A stretch of 63,866 nt of DNA, counting the filler, from Octopus bimaculoides (Eukaryota), in NCBI RefSeq assembly GCF_001194135.2. It is 4 parts of 4 records of this genome, joined end to end, with 100 filler letters (N's around TTAATTAATTAA, not from the genome) between each part and the next. Parts side by side here need not be neighbours in the genome. Positions count along the whole stretch, not along the records: positions 25,594 to 51,932 come from NC_068986.1; positions 52,033 to 61,765 come from NC_069003.1; 2 more parts are not named here. One strand, written 5' to 3'. The notes under the pieces were generated by a model. That model saw only the letters and a list, made by a program, of their open reading frames with translations, was not told the DNA's origin and searched no databases. The position numbers and the translations under genes are program-made. Position 1 is the first letter of the stretch. Every line of letters starts with the position of its first letter. Positions 40,891-55,206 of this stretch are shown here, piece after piece.

Positions 40891-41431
40891 AATATATATG
40901 ATATTATTATCTATAATAATGTCAGTGGTTTAGCATTCGTAAAAAAAACCTATAACGGTATAAAATATCAATTAATAATTAAGGGTACTAGCAAGCAGTA
41001 CCAGCATACTGACATAGCAGTGAATCACTTTAAAAAAAAACTTGTTGTGGCATTAAAAACAGTCATCGTACACATTGCTTGAGATGAATAAATCCTATAA
41101 GCATGTGTCAAAAATCTGCCCATATTCTTCCACTATTCAGCATTGTGCTGAATAGTGGTACAATATGGGGAGAGTTTTGAAATCCATCGAACCTTTATAC
41201 AAAAATACCTTTTCAAAGGGATGTGATAAAACTATTATAATGGATAATACTTCTTGTACATTTTCTTTTGTGATGTAATCTTTGGACTAACGATGTTTTG
41301 CGGCCGAGGAGAGCTTTACACTATCTTTTATATCAATAATATACCTATGCTGATGTAATAACAGATTGTTTATAAAGCTTGAAACACGTGTACTGCGATA
41401 CCCTTGGTGTTCTGTTTTTAATTTATGTTTG

Positions 41432-41491
<60 letters not shown>

Positions 41492-41889
41492 NNNNNNNNN
41501 NNNNNNNNNNNNNNNNNNNNNNNNNNNNNNNNNNNNNNNNNNNNNNNNNNNNNNNNNNNNNNNNNNNNNNNNNNNNNNNNNNNNNNNNNNNNNNNNNNNN
41601 NNNNNNNNNNNNNNNNNNNNNNNNNNNNNNNNNNNNNNNNNNNNNNNNNNNNNNNNNNNNNNNNNNNNNNNNNNNNNNNNNNNNNNNNNNNNNNNNNNNN
41701 NNNNNNNNNNNNNNNNNNNNNNNNNNNNNNNNNNNNNNNNNNNNNNNNNNNNNNNNNNNNNNNNNNNNNNNNNNNNNNNNNNNNNNNNNNNNNNNNNNNN
41801 NNNNNNNNNNNNNNNNNNNNNNNNNNNNNNNNNNNNNNNNNNNNNNNNNNNNNNNNNNNNNNNNNNNNNNNNNNNNNNNNNNNNNNNNN

Positions 41890-41947
<58 letters not shown>

Positions 41948-42213
41948 TGTGTGTTTGCACATGTGTGTATATAGCACATCGCTTGAGTAATAAATCTGAG
42001 ATAAAATTAACTTAGTGAAAATAATTGATAAAGCCCTGGATTTTAATAATTTGAGCAAATATGAATATGCTATTCACCTCAAACTCAATATTTTTACGTA
42101 GTGAGCCGAATTTATTGCATTTCTACTACCGCGTAGAACCGGAGTAGATTTAGGGCTAGATCCCCTCAAATTTGAGCCAAGAAATATCGCCGATAAAATC
42201 GTATACACTGACT

Positions 42214-42331
42214 GATTGATTAACTCCAATCTTTAGATTGCGTGTCGTAGTGATGCTTTTCTCTCGCTTTGATACCTGTATCTTGATCACCAGATCCAGG
42301 GAACCTGCAAACGGCTTCAAATAATCATATA

Positions 42332-42383
<52 letters not shown>

Positions 42384-42512
42384 TATATATATGATTATTT
42401 GAAGCAGTTTACATGTTCCCTCGATCTGGTGCTCAAGATATAGTTATAAAAGACCATTTCGAGAGGAAACCATCGCTATTACACGCAATTTAAAGGGTTG
42501 AATTAATGAATC
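42214..42512. repeat. Diverged inverted repeat (about 115-bp arms) around a (TA)n core
   Basis: Left atcttgatcaccagatccagggaacctgcaaacggcttcaaataatc versus reverse complement of right atcttgagcaccagatcgagggaacatgtaaactgcttcaaataatc. Similarity extends outward to gattgattaactcc / ttgaattaatgaatc. Confidence 0.85.
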
Positions 42513-42736
42513 ATTAGATTTGAAGTTGATGCTTCACAAATGCAGGTAGTTGTGAATGCTGACCAGATGAAAAGATTTTGAATTAAGATTGAATTACTTA
42601 ACCAAGTAGCTGCTAACAGAATCTTTGAAGTAGTTCTGACAAATCACACACAAACAAACATCTACTCACACACACAGACACTTACTATCTCCTCACTTCT
42701 TTCTCTCTATCCCACTCGCTTTCTCTCCGTCTCCCA

Positions 42737-42827
<91 letters not shown>

Positions 42828-43087
42828 CCTCTTTCCCATGAACACACTCAGAAACGCCCGTTCACACACAGAAATGCCTATCCCTAAATCCACGCACACA
42901 CAAACATAAATAAGACACACATGCCTCATGTCAAGTTGCAGATAAATGCAATTTGACGTGGACGTGAAGGATTTCTCTTTACATTTTAATATTGAAAGTT
43001 TGTTAACTTCGAATTTACTGTCGACCATTTTTCTTTTCAGCACAAATTATACACGCAGTTGATAAACCTATATACATAAATATTGTC

Positions 43088-43110
43088 ATAGATAGATAGA
43101 TAGATAGATT

Positions 43111-43174
<64 letters not shown>

Positions 43175-43298
43175 GATAGATAGATAGATACATACATACA
43201 TACATACATACATACATACATACATACATACATACATGCATGCATGCATGCATACATGCATACATACATACATACATACATACATACATACATACATA
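43088..43298. repeat. Compound tetranucleotide microsatellite (TAGA)n-(TACA)n-(TGCA)n-(TACA)n
   Basis: Direct inspection. Confidence 0.95.
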
Positions 43299-43814
43299 CA
43301 GGGAGACAGAGAAATATAGTTAGAGACAGGGAAATTATATATCTATAAAAGTATGTACACAATTGAAGCAACACACCCAAGATGAACTTGTAACACGATG
43401 CAACAAGTCAAATATCCGTAACGTATTTCTTTCACTGAGCTATCAATTAACGGACATATGGCTTTTAATAGCGTTGACAAAGCCAACTGTCAGAACGTAA
43501 AGTTCCTGCGATGAATAATGCAAGACATTATTTGTTTGATGCTCTACTGGTCATGTCATACATCACTCTAAATATTGATTTTCAGCAGAACAGGAAGGGG
43601 TGACTGTATGGTTAAGAAGTTCATTTTACAACTACGAGATTTCAAGTACTGCCCAACACGCAGCGCAGTATGCTTCTGTATTCTCCTATGGCCTCGAATC
43701 AACCATTGTTCTGTCAGCGAAATTGACAAAGGGATATATCGTGTATCTAATTATCAATCTATTTATCTACAATCGCGCGCCCACGCACATACACACGCAC
43801 ACACACACACATAC

Positions 43815-44030
43815 ATAGGGCCGGTTTCCCGATTTCCATAGCGTAAGCTTTCCCCACCTGGAAAGGACGCCGGTCCGTCGTTAGATTACTCAATTTTTTT
43901 CAGCAGAGTGGACTGGACCAACGTGAAATGAAGTGTTTTGCTCAAGACCACAACGCGTCACCCGGTCCAGGAATCAAAAACAATATTACGATGATGACTC
44001 CAATACTCTAACCACTAAGCCACGCGCCAT
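43815..44030 (-). mobile_element. tRNA-derived SINE family D
   Basis: gcagagtggactggaccaacgtgaaatgaagtgttttgctcaag...ctaaccactaagccacgcgcc. Related heads lie at about 45740-45865 and about 47740-47850. Confidence 0.7.
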
Positions 44031-44595
44031 CTTCTTTTCTGAATCTTATATGGACTAAGAAGGGTCATTTGGACCCCAGTTGAGAACCACTGATTTATAG
44101 ATAGTTTTTTGGCCTTTATTTTACCCACCGGGTTGTGAATATCGAAAAAACTGGGCCAAATAACGCGCTGTGGGAACGAAACACTGCATCTTATGACTGC
44201 TGATTGACTTGGTTAACCACTCACCCATGACTACATCCAATCAGAGAAACTGTAAAAATATTGTTTTGGCTCATCTCATTCTGAATTTAAATGGCGCTGT
44301 GACCTATTTGGGTGATAGACTCCATTTTTATAGCGGTTTAACATAACCTCTTGGCCCTTCCGTTACCTTTAAGGTATTTTATACTGGTGCAAGCATTCCA
44401 GACAGACATCTGGTTTGAGGATACTTCCCTCTACTCTTATAACCTCTCTTTTGAATCCTTGTAAAAGGAAGTTAGTTTGGACGGCTTCTCAAAGATCCAA
44501 ACAAATGAACGTTTCGGTGATGATGGCTTCTGCTGTGGACGTTTTATCTCGTGGTAAAATTAATTTATTCCATTTGTGAATTTTCTGCACAAAAG

Positions 44596-44676
44596 GTTTG
44601 CATGTACAAAAATCAACTTCCCCAGGGAAACTATTATCCACAACCAGTTCCAAGTATTCTTCTACAACGTTTCATT
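44596..44676 (+). other. Candidate 81-nt internal exon
   Basis: ttttctgcacaaaAG|gtttgc...tttcatt|GTAAGT, a consensus donor. All three frames are open (frame 0 VCMYKNQLPQGNYYPQPVPSILLQRFI). Confidence 0.2.
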
Positions 44677-47600
44677 GTAAGTATATTTGATTAGGTATGA
44701 CCTTCCTTTATTGCTATACATTTTCATTTAGCGTGCTTTGTCGGGAAAAGAAAACTCAAACGATTGAAACTTGTATGTTTATTAAGTATTTATATGTAGT
44801 GAATCACCTGATGGAATCAATTGAGTGTTGAACGAAATACCTATCAGATAAATAAAATAAGCAATAAATACCCTTTTTATCTTCCCAAATAGAAATCAAT
44901 AATTAAGGTGGTGTTTGTTATTATCAGCAAAACCACGGACAGAGTATAATCTTGCATTATTTAGTGAGGTAGTCTTATGTTCCGAATTTTTCCTTTATTA
45001 TTACTATTAAGAGCAGCATTTCCGTTAATTCAATAAGGCACTGGCGCAAATACATTGTGGTAATTTGTTTTATTTCTTCATGCTCAAGTTTGAAATCTTT
45101 CCATGATCAACTTTTCAATCATTGTCGGGTGCGTTAATGGAATCAATTGACGATGCGCTCTCATTACTTTATTTTTATTTGTTCCAATTATTAAACTTCA
45201 GTGATAGTGAGGCAACCGTAGAATGGTTAATCCAACAAATCCACCCTACTTTTTTTTTCCAAGTATGGTGCATTTTCTGTTGATCCATTTTAGCAAAATG
45301 CTTAGTGACTGGGACGTAAACTAACAGATTATCAAAAGGAACACAAGGTACAGAAGATATGTGACAATGGAAATGAGCGTGATACTATGTAGTTTCAATA
45401 TTAATGTTATGTTTGGTTTTACGTAAATCATGTCAATATTGATTTCAAATTTTGCCACAAGAACCGATTTCGGAGGAGAAGTAAATCGATTACATTGATC
45501 CCATGTTCAACTAGTACTTATTTTATCAACCTCGAAAGGACGAAAGGCAACGCTGACGACGGCAGGAATTTTAATTCAGAACGTAAAGTAGGGGGAAATG
45601 TTGCTAAGCATTTTCCTAGCAATGCAACGATTCTCCGAACTCACCTCCTTAACTGGCACTCCGTCGTTTATGACAACATGAGTTCCAAGGAAATGCCCTG
45701 TGATGCAGAATGAAATACAGGTACTAGCCATCTTTTTTCAGCTGAGTGTACTAGAGCCATATGAAATAAATTGTCTTGCTCAATGACATAATACGTCGTC
45801 GGGAATTAAACTCACGATTTTCCGATCACGCTGAATACCCTAACAAATAAGTCACACGCTTTCACTCACCGCCTTAAAATATGTCAATATTAAGAAAATA
45901 ATAACTTAATATTTCGTTTTTGGATTTGGTTTGCAAGATTCTTTATGTGAGTTCGTGTCAAGACTTTTGAAAAGGTTTGCAAGACGCAACGAAAATTTTA
46001 GGAAAATAAAAATAAGGAATAAGTGGAAATTTTACCGGTGAGTGTGTTAAATTATAAGGCACAAAAGGAAAATGATTCTCCCCAGACACAACAGAATAAC
46101 TTAATACATTTAACTTTGTACGAAGTATAGTCGATTAAATCGAATACAATGATTAGAACCTTATTTTAACAACGAAGCCAGATCGAAACAAAGTACACCA
46201 CCTTGGATTTGAACTTGGAACATAAATGAGCACAAATAACTATAACATGAATGGATGTTTCTAATTTAAACACATGGCCAGTGGTTTTGAAGGGCGGGTA
46301 ATTTAATTTGTATTTTATTAATCAACTCGAGAAGAAAAGTTGGATCTTTCCACTTTCATCGGCAGATCGAGAAATTCCTTTTTTGTAACTAAACACTTTC
46401 AAACTTCGGACACTTGTAGAATTTGTCATATAAAACATCTTTTACTCTTAGCATTGTTGAGAAAAGTTTCTATCTACGAAGTTATTTCGTGTAAAAGTTG
46501 TCGTATTTCGGTAATTTCAACCAATCAATGACGTGCATTCAGCTGAATAAAATTACTGCTGTTGTATGTCAACAACAACATCCAGCTGTGTATATTTCGT
46601 TTGTCACTGTTATTTCTTTCTTAATACGATCTGGAAAAATGAAATGTGAATATCTGATTACGATTGTTCTTCATCATCGGAAAAAAAAAACACCTCCTCC
46701 ATTTACGTTATGTGTGTTCATAATGTACACGATTCACCGTTCTGATGGACCTTTGAAACATTGTGTTGTTTCGAACTCACTCCGTTTCTCTTCAGTCAAA
46801 GATAAACCGTCGGACCAATGAAGTTCACAAGAGCACTGGGTATTGTTTGTAGGAACGAACAAACAAATTATTAAGCTGATGCGTACTAATATCTCTCATA
46901 TGGATAATTATTCATTAGCTGCATGCAGAAGAGTGCCTTTAAATCCCATAGTTTGATAACTAATGATTCAAAGTCTACACAAATATCTTGTACTATAGGT
47001 AGTATTTGTATCTTATTGTTTCATCTTTCGAATTTATTAAGAAATCCAATTATGTCAATGAGCAAAACATTTATATTTACTTGAGATACATATGAAGTAA
47101 ATATACACAAAAATATTCTTCTTTTATATTTGTAAAATAACACTTTAAAATTAAAAATACACAGTTGTCTAACTCTTAACTTTAATACAGAGACAATTGT
47201 TTTCAAGATATTATCTAAAAAGCTAGAAAGAATTTCGTACATCACGTTTAAACATGCAAATATATACTATGGTAACGTTTATAAGACCAGAATAAATGAA
47301 TGGTATTTGTATTTAATGAAAGAGGCATAAAGTAGGGAAGATGTGGATAGCAGTGAATGCAGGCTGGAGTGCTGTTGAAAGTATAATTACTATTTTTTAT
47401 TAAAATAAGTTACAGTTAAAAGATTTAAGGTTTCGCGTTCATTTTAGATTGGCAAAAACGATTGTTTAGAGTTGTAGTTACAAAAAGAGACATACTGACA
47501 TTATCATCTTCCTATATAAAATTTATAAGATGGGCACAAAAGCGTCTTATTTTGAAGGTGATGTCGGTGATATTGATCTAAATAATTACATATTGCATGT

Positions 47601-48386
47601 TTCATCAACCATGAATGTATGAAGACAAAGTCAAACTAAGTGGGATTTGAACTCTCAACGTTTTGAATTACATTTATTCTTATACTCAAACATCCCTGCT
47701 AAAATACCGTTTATAATAAATTACTGTTCAGGTACTTTCAGATGAAATAAAGTATCTTGCTCAAGGACACAATGCGTCGTCGGGAATTGAACTCACGATC
47801 TTACGATCATGTCGAATACCCTAACAACTAAACCACGCGCGTTCACTCACCGCCTTACAACATGACAGTAGGATCGATAATCGTTTTGAGCAGTCTACAA
47901 GTATATCACAACATGAATGATAATAAAATGAATTTTAATCGTGCATTTTCAGTAAAAGACGCCAATTAATGATATGATCAATTTAAAACGCTGTATAACT
48001 GACCTCGAAACAAAAATTAAATCAGTCTTTGGAAATTCAAATACAAAGAATGCTAATTTTAACATGGTCAAATTATAAATGCGCGCAAATAAATAAATAC
48101 ACAAAATTAAAAAGAAAAACCTTTTTTTTTTTAATTCTAGAAATGCCAATATTTTTTTTTTAAATTTTATTTTTTTTTTTGTTAAAAGAACAAACACATC
48201 CAAAGAAGGCACAGTGAAGTCTAAAGGAAATATATTAAGTGCACAAGTTTTTATAGAAATTTAATTCTCAAATCTTTCGAATTGTTTGGTGTAAAGCTAT
48301 ATACTCTCATACACAAAAATGATCGAGATATATCTTAATATCCTTTCATGAAATCAATATACTGCTAAAAGGCTTTAACATTCATT

Positions 48387-48440
<54 letters not shown>

Positions 48441-50360
48441 CTGTATGTTTTCATTATAATATCCATTACATTAAACGCGGTGGAGCGGTAGTATTATATT
48501 CTCAATTAGAAAAATCAAGTGTGTAGCTAGATACTTGTAACATTAACATATTATTTTATCGTTAATAATCCCTTGTGACTTTTGAAAACTCTGATAGAAG
48601 CTTTTGTTGCACTGCTGACTAAGCTAAGTCTCATGCATGACTGCATCCGTTATCATTCTTTTGAATTGTTAAACAGTAAGACATAACTAGTCGATAGATT
48701 TGCTACATAATTGTGTGATAAGTAGATTGGCTGATTATAGGAAGGTGACAACGGAATTCAAATTCTTCGGAATAAAAGCCAATCTTCTGCTAGAAATAGC
48801 AGCCGAATCTCTTCTCTGTTACACCTTGCCATCTCAAACGTGGTATGCGCACATGATAAAATATTGTATTATAAAACAGTAAGATGGGATGGTCACAAAT
48901 TTAATGCATTCGATCACATGTTTCCTCGGCGAGACTTGCCCTAAAGCTAAAGTAATGTTCTAATTTGGGTATAGTTATTATATGATATTTAATTACATTT
49001 TGCATATGTATGTGTGCACCTGTGCGGTCTGTATCTCTGTGTGTACGTGTATGTATAAGGATGTACAAGGGATGTTCATATCATTTGGATATAAGGCAAC
49101 ATCATGATTTCTCACACGGCTAAAGCAAATTAACATTCATTTTTGAAATATATATTACAGAGAATAAGTAAGTGTTAGCCAATCGAAATTGCAATACGGT
49201 TCAAATTTTCAACTGGAACTAATTTTTATTTCTCATATTGTTTCATTGAAATATGAATGACGCAGCTCCAGAATTTTCATATTCCTGTCTTCCTATTTCT
49301 ACTTTTTACTTATTAACTGATACAATTGTAGTATTCATAACTTGTAGATAATGTTAAGCCGTTGTTTCAAACTTGATGCTAAGGTTTTAAATTGTGTTTT
49401 ATTGACACTTAACCAAGTTTAGTAGCAATATGTGAAGAATGAGTGAACTGACGATGAAAAATGTTAGGAATGTTTTATAAATTGTTCAATATATTAAATG
49501 ACCTCGATGGCTCATTTACATTTATCGATATTATAAGTATACGTATAAAATTTCTAGCAGACTCGTTACAACATCATCTGTAGTGCAATATTCATTTCTG
49601 CGTTTTTATTTCAAATATTTTCAATGCTAATGCATCTATGTTCAGACAAAACTGTCCCTACAATGAGTAGGATGTATTTTTTAACCTACTAAAGAAATCC
49701 ATGCACCTGCGTTCTTTAATTCTTCGAATGATTACACAATTATACGAATATATAAATAATTAAATGCAGGTGGGAGGATTCAGTATCTTGCCTGTCAATG
49801 GTGTGAAGCGGGTGATTTGAAGTCAACTTGATTATACAAGAGCGTGTATATTTCACTCTGGGATCGGTCCAATAAATCTAACAGCATTTAATTAAGTGAA
49901 AACCCTTCCGAAGCCTGTTTCAATTGCTACATCTGTACATGTGTTTAAAAGCCGTTCCCACTGTAAATCTCACTGCAAATTGCAATAAATAAGTGCATGA
50001 CGCTAAATTGTCAAACCTCTTATGCAACTAGGTTGGGAATTCTATTCATCAAACAGATGGAATACACGGCTATCCGTTTATTTCACTTGTGTTTACTCAT
50101 TTATCTTTGTGTCTGGAGTGTACAGTATAGGAAATATATATCGTAGATAAACTATATATATTCACGCACACACACAGACACACACATACACACTCACAAA
50201 CACACACAAATAAAGAGAAAGGGAATTACAGAAACATACGCATACATATGTCCGAATTTTTTTCTCTCTCTCTCTCTCTCCGAAGCTCTCTCTCTCTTTC
50301 TCGCACTCTCTTTCGCTATATATATATATATCTATATCATCTATAATATATGTGTGTGTG

Positions 50361-50548
50361 AAGGCGGTGAGGTGGCAGAAGCGGTATTTCGTCTGCCGCT
50401 ACGTTCTGATTTCAAATTCCGCCGAGGTCGACTTTGCCTTTCATCCTTTCGGGGTCGAGTGAATAAGTACCAGTTACGCATTGGGGTCGATATAATCGAC
50501 TGGCCCCCTCCCCAAAAATTTAGGGCCTTGTGCCTAGAGTAGAAAAGA
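50361..50548 (+). mobile_element. SINE family B copy
   Basis: aaggcggtgaggtggcagaa...caaattccgccgaggtcgactttgcctttcatcctttcggggtcg. Confidence 0.85.
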
Positions 50549-50657
50549 ATATATGTGTGTGTGGTGGGGTATGTATATATCTATGTATATACACAAACGC
50601 AATAACTTCAATATACACACATGTGCCTATAAATACTTGTAATAGTGTGCATATATA

Positions 50658-50696
<39 letters not shown>

Positions 50697-52955
50697 ATAC
50701 GTATTTATGCATACAAGTATGCATATATAGACAGATAGGTAGATGTATCATATGTGAATATAGGTATGTACATATACACACAACTATAAAGGTATGTACT
50801 TTAGCGACTGAAATGTGTGTTCGTGCGTATGTGTGTGTGTACGTGTGTGTGAGAACATGAGTGTGTGCACGGCTGTGCCTGCTAGTGTGTGTATTTAAAG
50901 AAAGAGGGAGATGCAAGTATATATTTGTGTATTCATATTCATATACATTTCTATGTCTAAATATACATCATTAATGCATGTGGACTTAAACGCAAAACAT
51001 TGTATATTTATGAGTCTCTAATCGTAATTCAAATTCGGTAATACAGGTGCACTCTTTCATACATCCACAACGATCTATATCCTGTATACATACATTTTTG
51101 TTACTACATTGCACAGAAATATATTCTTCATATATATATACATATGTATGTATGTGTGTTTGTGTGTGTGAAACTTAGTGTGTGTAAGGCATGAACAGAT
51201 AGTTGAGTCTTAATGAGAGACATTATTTACTTTCTTGCTTTTCCCATTTTATGCTATTAATTTTGCATATAAACGCAGAAAGCATATTTATTCAGTGCAC
51301 ATATTTCATATATTCCTATGCAGGTATTTCCGCTATCTTTCACTGAACCTATTCCAGGGCACGTATCTTGTTAGATTAACGTTAAAGTGCTTGAAAGTGC
51401 TCCCATAGATACGTTAGCATTACTGAATCTACCTCCAATCGTCTTCTGCATCGGGTACTTTTCAATATGTGATTATATCGCCGTTCAATGGAATACATAT
51501 TGACGTGTTTTAAGTGCTTATGCATAGATGTATTCAGAGTTGAATGTTTAACTCAATCTCTCATATAGTAATGCCTTCCAATTTAATTTTGTATAGTTCA
51601 ATATTACCTCAATAATCTGAGCTTCATTATTATAAGAATATTTTTAAATCGATGGACAGGAACTTTTAAGGTGTAAAATTTAAAAGATTTCATATATTTA
51701 TCTTATATCTTATTCTGTGAAATAATAGCACCGTTGGCCACAAAATTCCAAATATTCAATCCCGAACTCATTGAATTTTATACAGCTAGAAGGACAAGGG
51801 ACACGGAAACGTTAGTGCAACGTGGGTGGAATGAACATCACGAAAGACTAGGAAAAGACTGATTCACTGACTTTTCTTCGCCATTCGAAATTTATAATAA
51901 GTATATATACATGTATATATATATATATATATNNNNNNNNNNNNNNNNNNNNNNNNNNNNNNNNNNNNNNNNNNNNTTAATTAATTAANNNNNNNNNNNN
52001 NNNNNNNNNNNNNNNNNNNNNNNNNNNNNNNNTATGTATGTGTGTGTGTGTGTATTATTCCCCTCATTTTATGTCCGTCTTTGCATTGCCTTGTGGCAAA
52101 AATGACCACGACCGTTTCACTGGACACGCCTATTTTCTTCCGATATAAACTCTGTGGTACATAACGAGGCCGCCGAGAAGGAGAACGTTTGAGCCAGTCG
52201 TTATTTAACCCCTGGTCAAATCCGACTCTGAACCGCCAGCCAAGCATACAGACTGACACACAGATGCTATAATCAAAGATGATCCAACTTTGACAATTCC
52301 ACAGTTCTTTTATTATTATTATTATCATTATTATTTTGTTTTGTTTTATTTCTTGAACTTTGTGTCGTTAAAACATTATTCTGTGTGTCCTTCCTTTTTT
52401 TTTTGTTTCTTCGTTTAGAGACGATAGGGTGTGTGTACTATGAGGAAGACTTAGCTGCTATTTCTAGCCGGTCAAGCACAGGAGTTTGTCCTCGTTTCAT
52501 TGATATATAGTATGGCAGTGGTAGTTGTCGTAGCTAGTTAGTTTGTAACATTTGTTCTCTCTCATTCACTGATAGTAGTAGTAGTAGTAGTAGTATTGGT
52601 ATTGGTATTAGTGGTGGTGATGTTAGTAGAAGTAGTAGTGGTGGTGGTGGTATACACCTTTGCCCTCGGAACGAAAGCAAATGATGCAGCTGTACGTTAT
52701 ATTGATAGTTCCTATCAGGCGTAGTTGTTGTTGTAATTGTAGCAGTCAGAGCAGTTGCCCTTTTCATGTACGTACCACAAAATATATAAATAAACGAAAA
52801 ACGTTAACAAAAAAGTATATATATATATATATATATGTAGAACATCGAATACGGACAGAGAGAGAGGGGTGGTTGGTGTCAGGAAAAGAGGGGCGGTGAG
52901 GTGAAAAATGGGAATGAACCGGAGTGGCGGCGGGGTGAGGAGGAAATAGTTTTTG

Positions 52956-52992
<37 letters not shown>

Positions 52993-53549
52993 ATACACAC
53001 ACACACACATTAATTCATCGTCCTCGTCCTCCTCCTTCTCCACAAACTGCATCCCCCCTTTCCCTGTATGTGTGGCAGTCGGGTATAAAGATGACGGGAG
53101 CGGCGGTGGGGAGAGGTGGAAATTGTTAGTGATGCTGATGAGGAGGATGATGATGATGATGATGATGACTGCTTGTATGTAAATGTGTGTGTGTGTGTAT
53201 GTTGGTACGACTATTCGGGATAAGTTGAATGAGAGAGAACACGTGTGTTATTGACTGGTGAATGTGTGTGTGCATGTATATTATATATTTATATATATAC
53301 GCACTGACATATACATGTATACACTCACACACATACACACTTTCAGGGCGGTACGGTGCTTAGGCGCTAAGTTGAAAGGGGAGAGGTGTGCTAGCAAAAT
53401 AACTGACCCTGACCTATATATATATACATATATACATATATATAAAATATAGCTATTTTCTCTCTCTCTCTCTCTCTCTTTCTCTATCTATCTGTATATA
53501 ATTCACACTCACTCCTCCCCTCTCTCTCTCTCTCTGTCTCTCTCTGTGC

Positions 53550-53753
53550 GCGCGTAGACATGCGAACAATAGTAGTCGGAGTGGGAGGCGACATTCAGCT
53601 CCATTCACTCGCAGTTCTGTGCGAGAGAAGGAAACACAAAAGCGCCAGTATGTACGGAGTTGTAGGAGTACGGATAACAAAAACACCGAGGATTCTACCT
53701 GACCTGTTGGTATTGTTGTTGCTGTTATTGTTATTGTCGTAAAGGTTCATGAG
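53550..53753 (+). promoter_or_regulatory. Putative first (5' UTR) exon, possibly ending ATG-AG before a splice donor
   Basis: (CT)n tracts at 53455-53545 precede a unique CpG-containing segment that ends ttcATGAG|GTAAGG (ATG 53749-53751, GT 53754). No convincing partner exon was found. Confidence 0.35.
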
Positions 53754-54334
53754 GTAAGGGTATATATATATATATATACACATGTGTGTGTGTAGCTTTG
53801 TTACTATGCTACTTACTCTCTTCTGTGTCTTGTGTCTATGGAATTATCCCGTACATACGTTTGGAAATGTACAAACGAGTGTGAATAAACTGGCAGTGCC
53901 GTGCCGAACCTGTTGTCCGGTTTCCAGAAATACTGGATCATCGTACGATTTCATCCAATATATACTGTAACCTATATTGAGTAAACAGACCCTGCTTTTG
54001 AAGTTCGTTCATTTGCGTACGCTTACGTTAAGAATAGTTTAGATTTTTGCCTTTTTCTTTTTTAAGTAGGTTGATATAGTATTAAACAGTCTGCTTTAGA
54101 AATTGTATTAATTTGTACCTGTACCTGTTATATATATAATAAAACCATGTTCTTTATTTTTCTTCATTTGATCTTCACATTATGAACATTAAACGATATA
54201 CATAATTAAAGTATGATTTATTTTAAGACTTTTTTGTGGATTAATAATTATCAAACAGTCCCTCCTTCAGAAGGGTATTAATTTGAATCTGTTAAATGCA
54301 ATTTAGTTCCTTATTTTTCATAGTTTATTTTGTG

Positions 54335-54379
<45 letters not shown>

Positions 54380-54519
54380 AGGTTTGGAAATCTGGATAGT
54401 TGTACATTTACAGATTGTTATTGTCACATTTTTTTATAAATCATATAAAGCGCTTTTCACCTAGTCTTGTAGGATTTTCAAATCATATACATATATATAT
54501 TTAGGCTGTTTCTTTAAAA

Positions 54520-54575
54520 CCGGGAAATCCAGAAATCCTGGCCACTTCCGTCCCAATCTTTCCGGGTAATTGGTC
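54520..54575. promoter_or_regulatory. Cluster of transcription-factor-site-like motifs
   Basis: GGGAAATCC (kB-like, 54522), CACTTCCG (ETS, 54543), CCAAT (54553) and ATTGG (54569) within 55 bp. Confidence 0.25.
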
Positions 54576-55157
54576 TTGGAACTGTTCTAAGAAGAACGAT
54601 TGTATGCTGTATTGTTTCGAAGCTGGTGAATCCCCTCCAAGTTTCCTTCTGACGATGTAGTGTGTTGCGTGTGAGATCCTTTGCGAGACGAAAAGATTAA
54701 ATTTATACGTGGTGGTCAAGTAAATCCTACGGGCACTCCCACGTTTATTGTCTTGCTACTTTGTCAAAATCTGCTCCCGTTCATTCACACCGTACATACT
54801 TCGAAATCAGTGTCAACACTTATTCTCAGAGAAGCAATTAATATATATGTGTACTCTACACAAAAGGGTCATTAACATCCTTCAGTTTAACGTAAAATTG
54901 TTTTTGTTGTAACTTGACATAACACATACAGGCATGTGTGTATATACATATGTACGTCCCGTCCAACACATGCCAGCATGATATATGGACGCTAAATGGT
55001 AGCATTTATGATATATTTATACACACATACACTCACATTATATACCACATGTTTAATTATGCTCTTTTAAAATAGGTGTATTTTGCGTTGGTTTTAGAGA
55101 CATAGGGCGTTGCTGTTAAGTTTAGACATGGCCTATTTGGCTGAATCATATCCAAAT

Positions 55158-55206
<49 letters not shown>

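Noticed and set aside
45740-47860. Two similar SINE D heads 2 kb apart suggesting a segmental duplication
   Set aside because: Similarity is limited to the SINE plus about 11 bp. The upstream flanks do not align.
48724-48790. AGATTGGCT...AGCCAATCT inverted repeat as a possible second miRNA hairpin
   Set aside because: Only 9 contiguous pairs; the inner stem is poorly paired.
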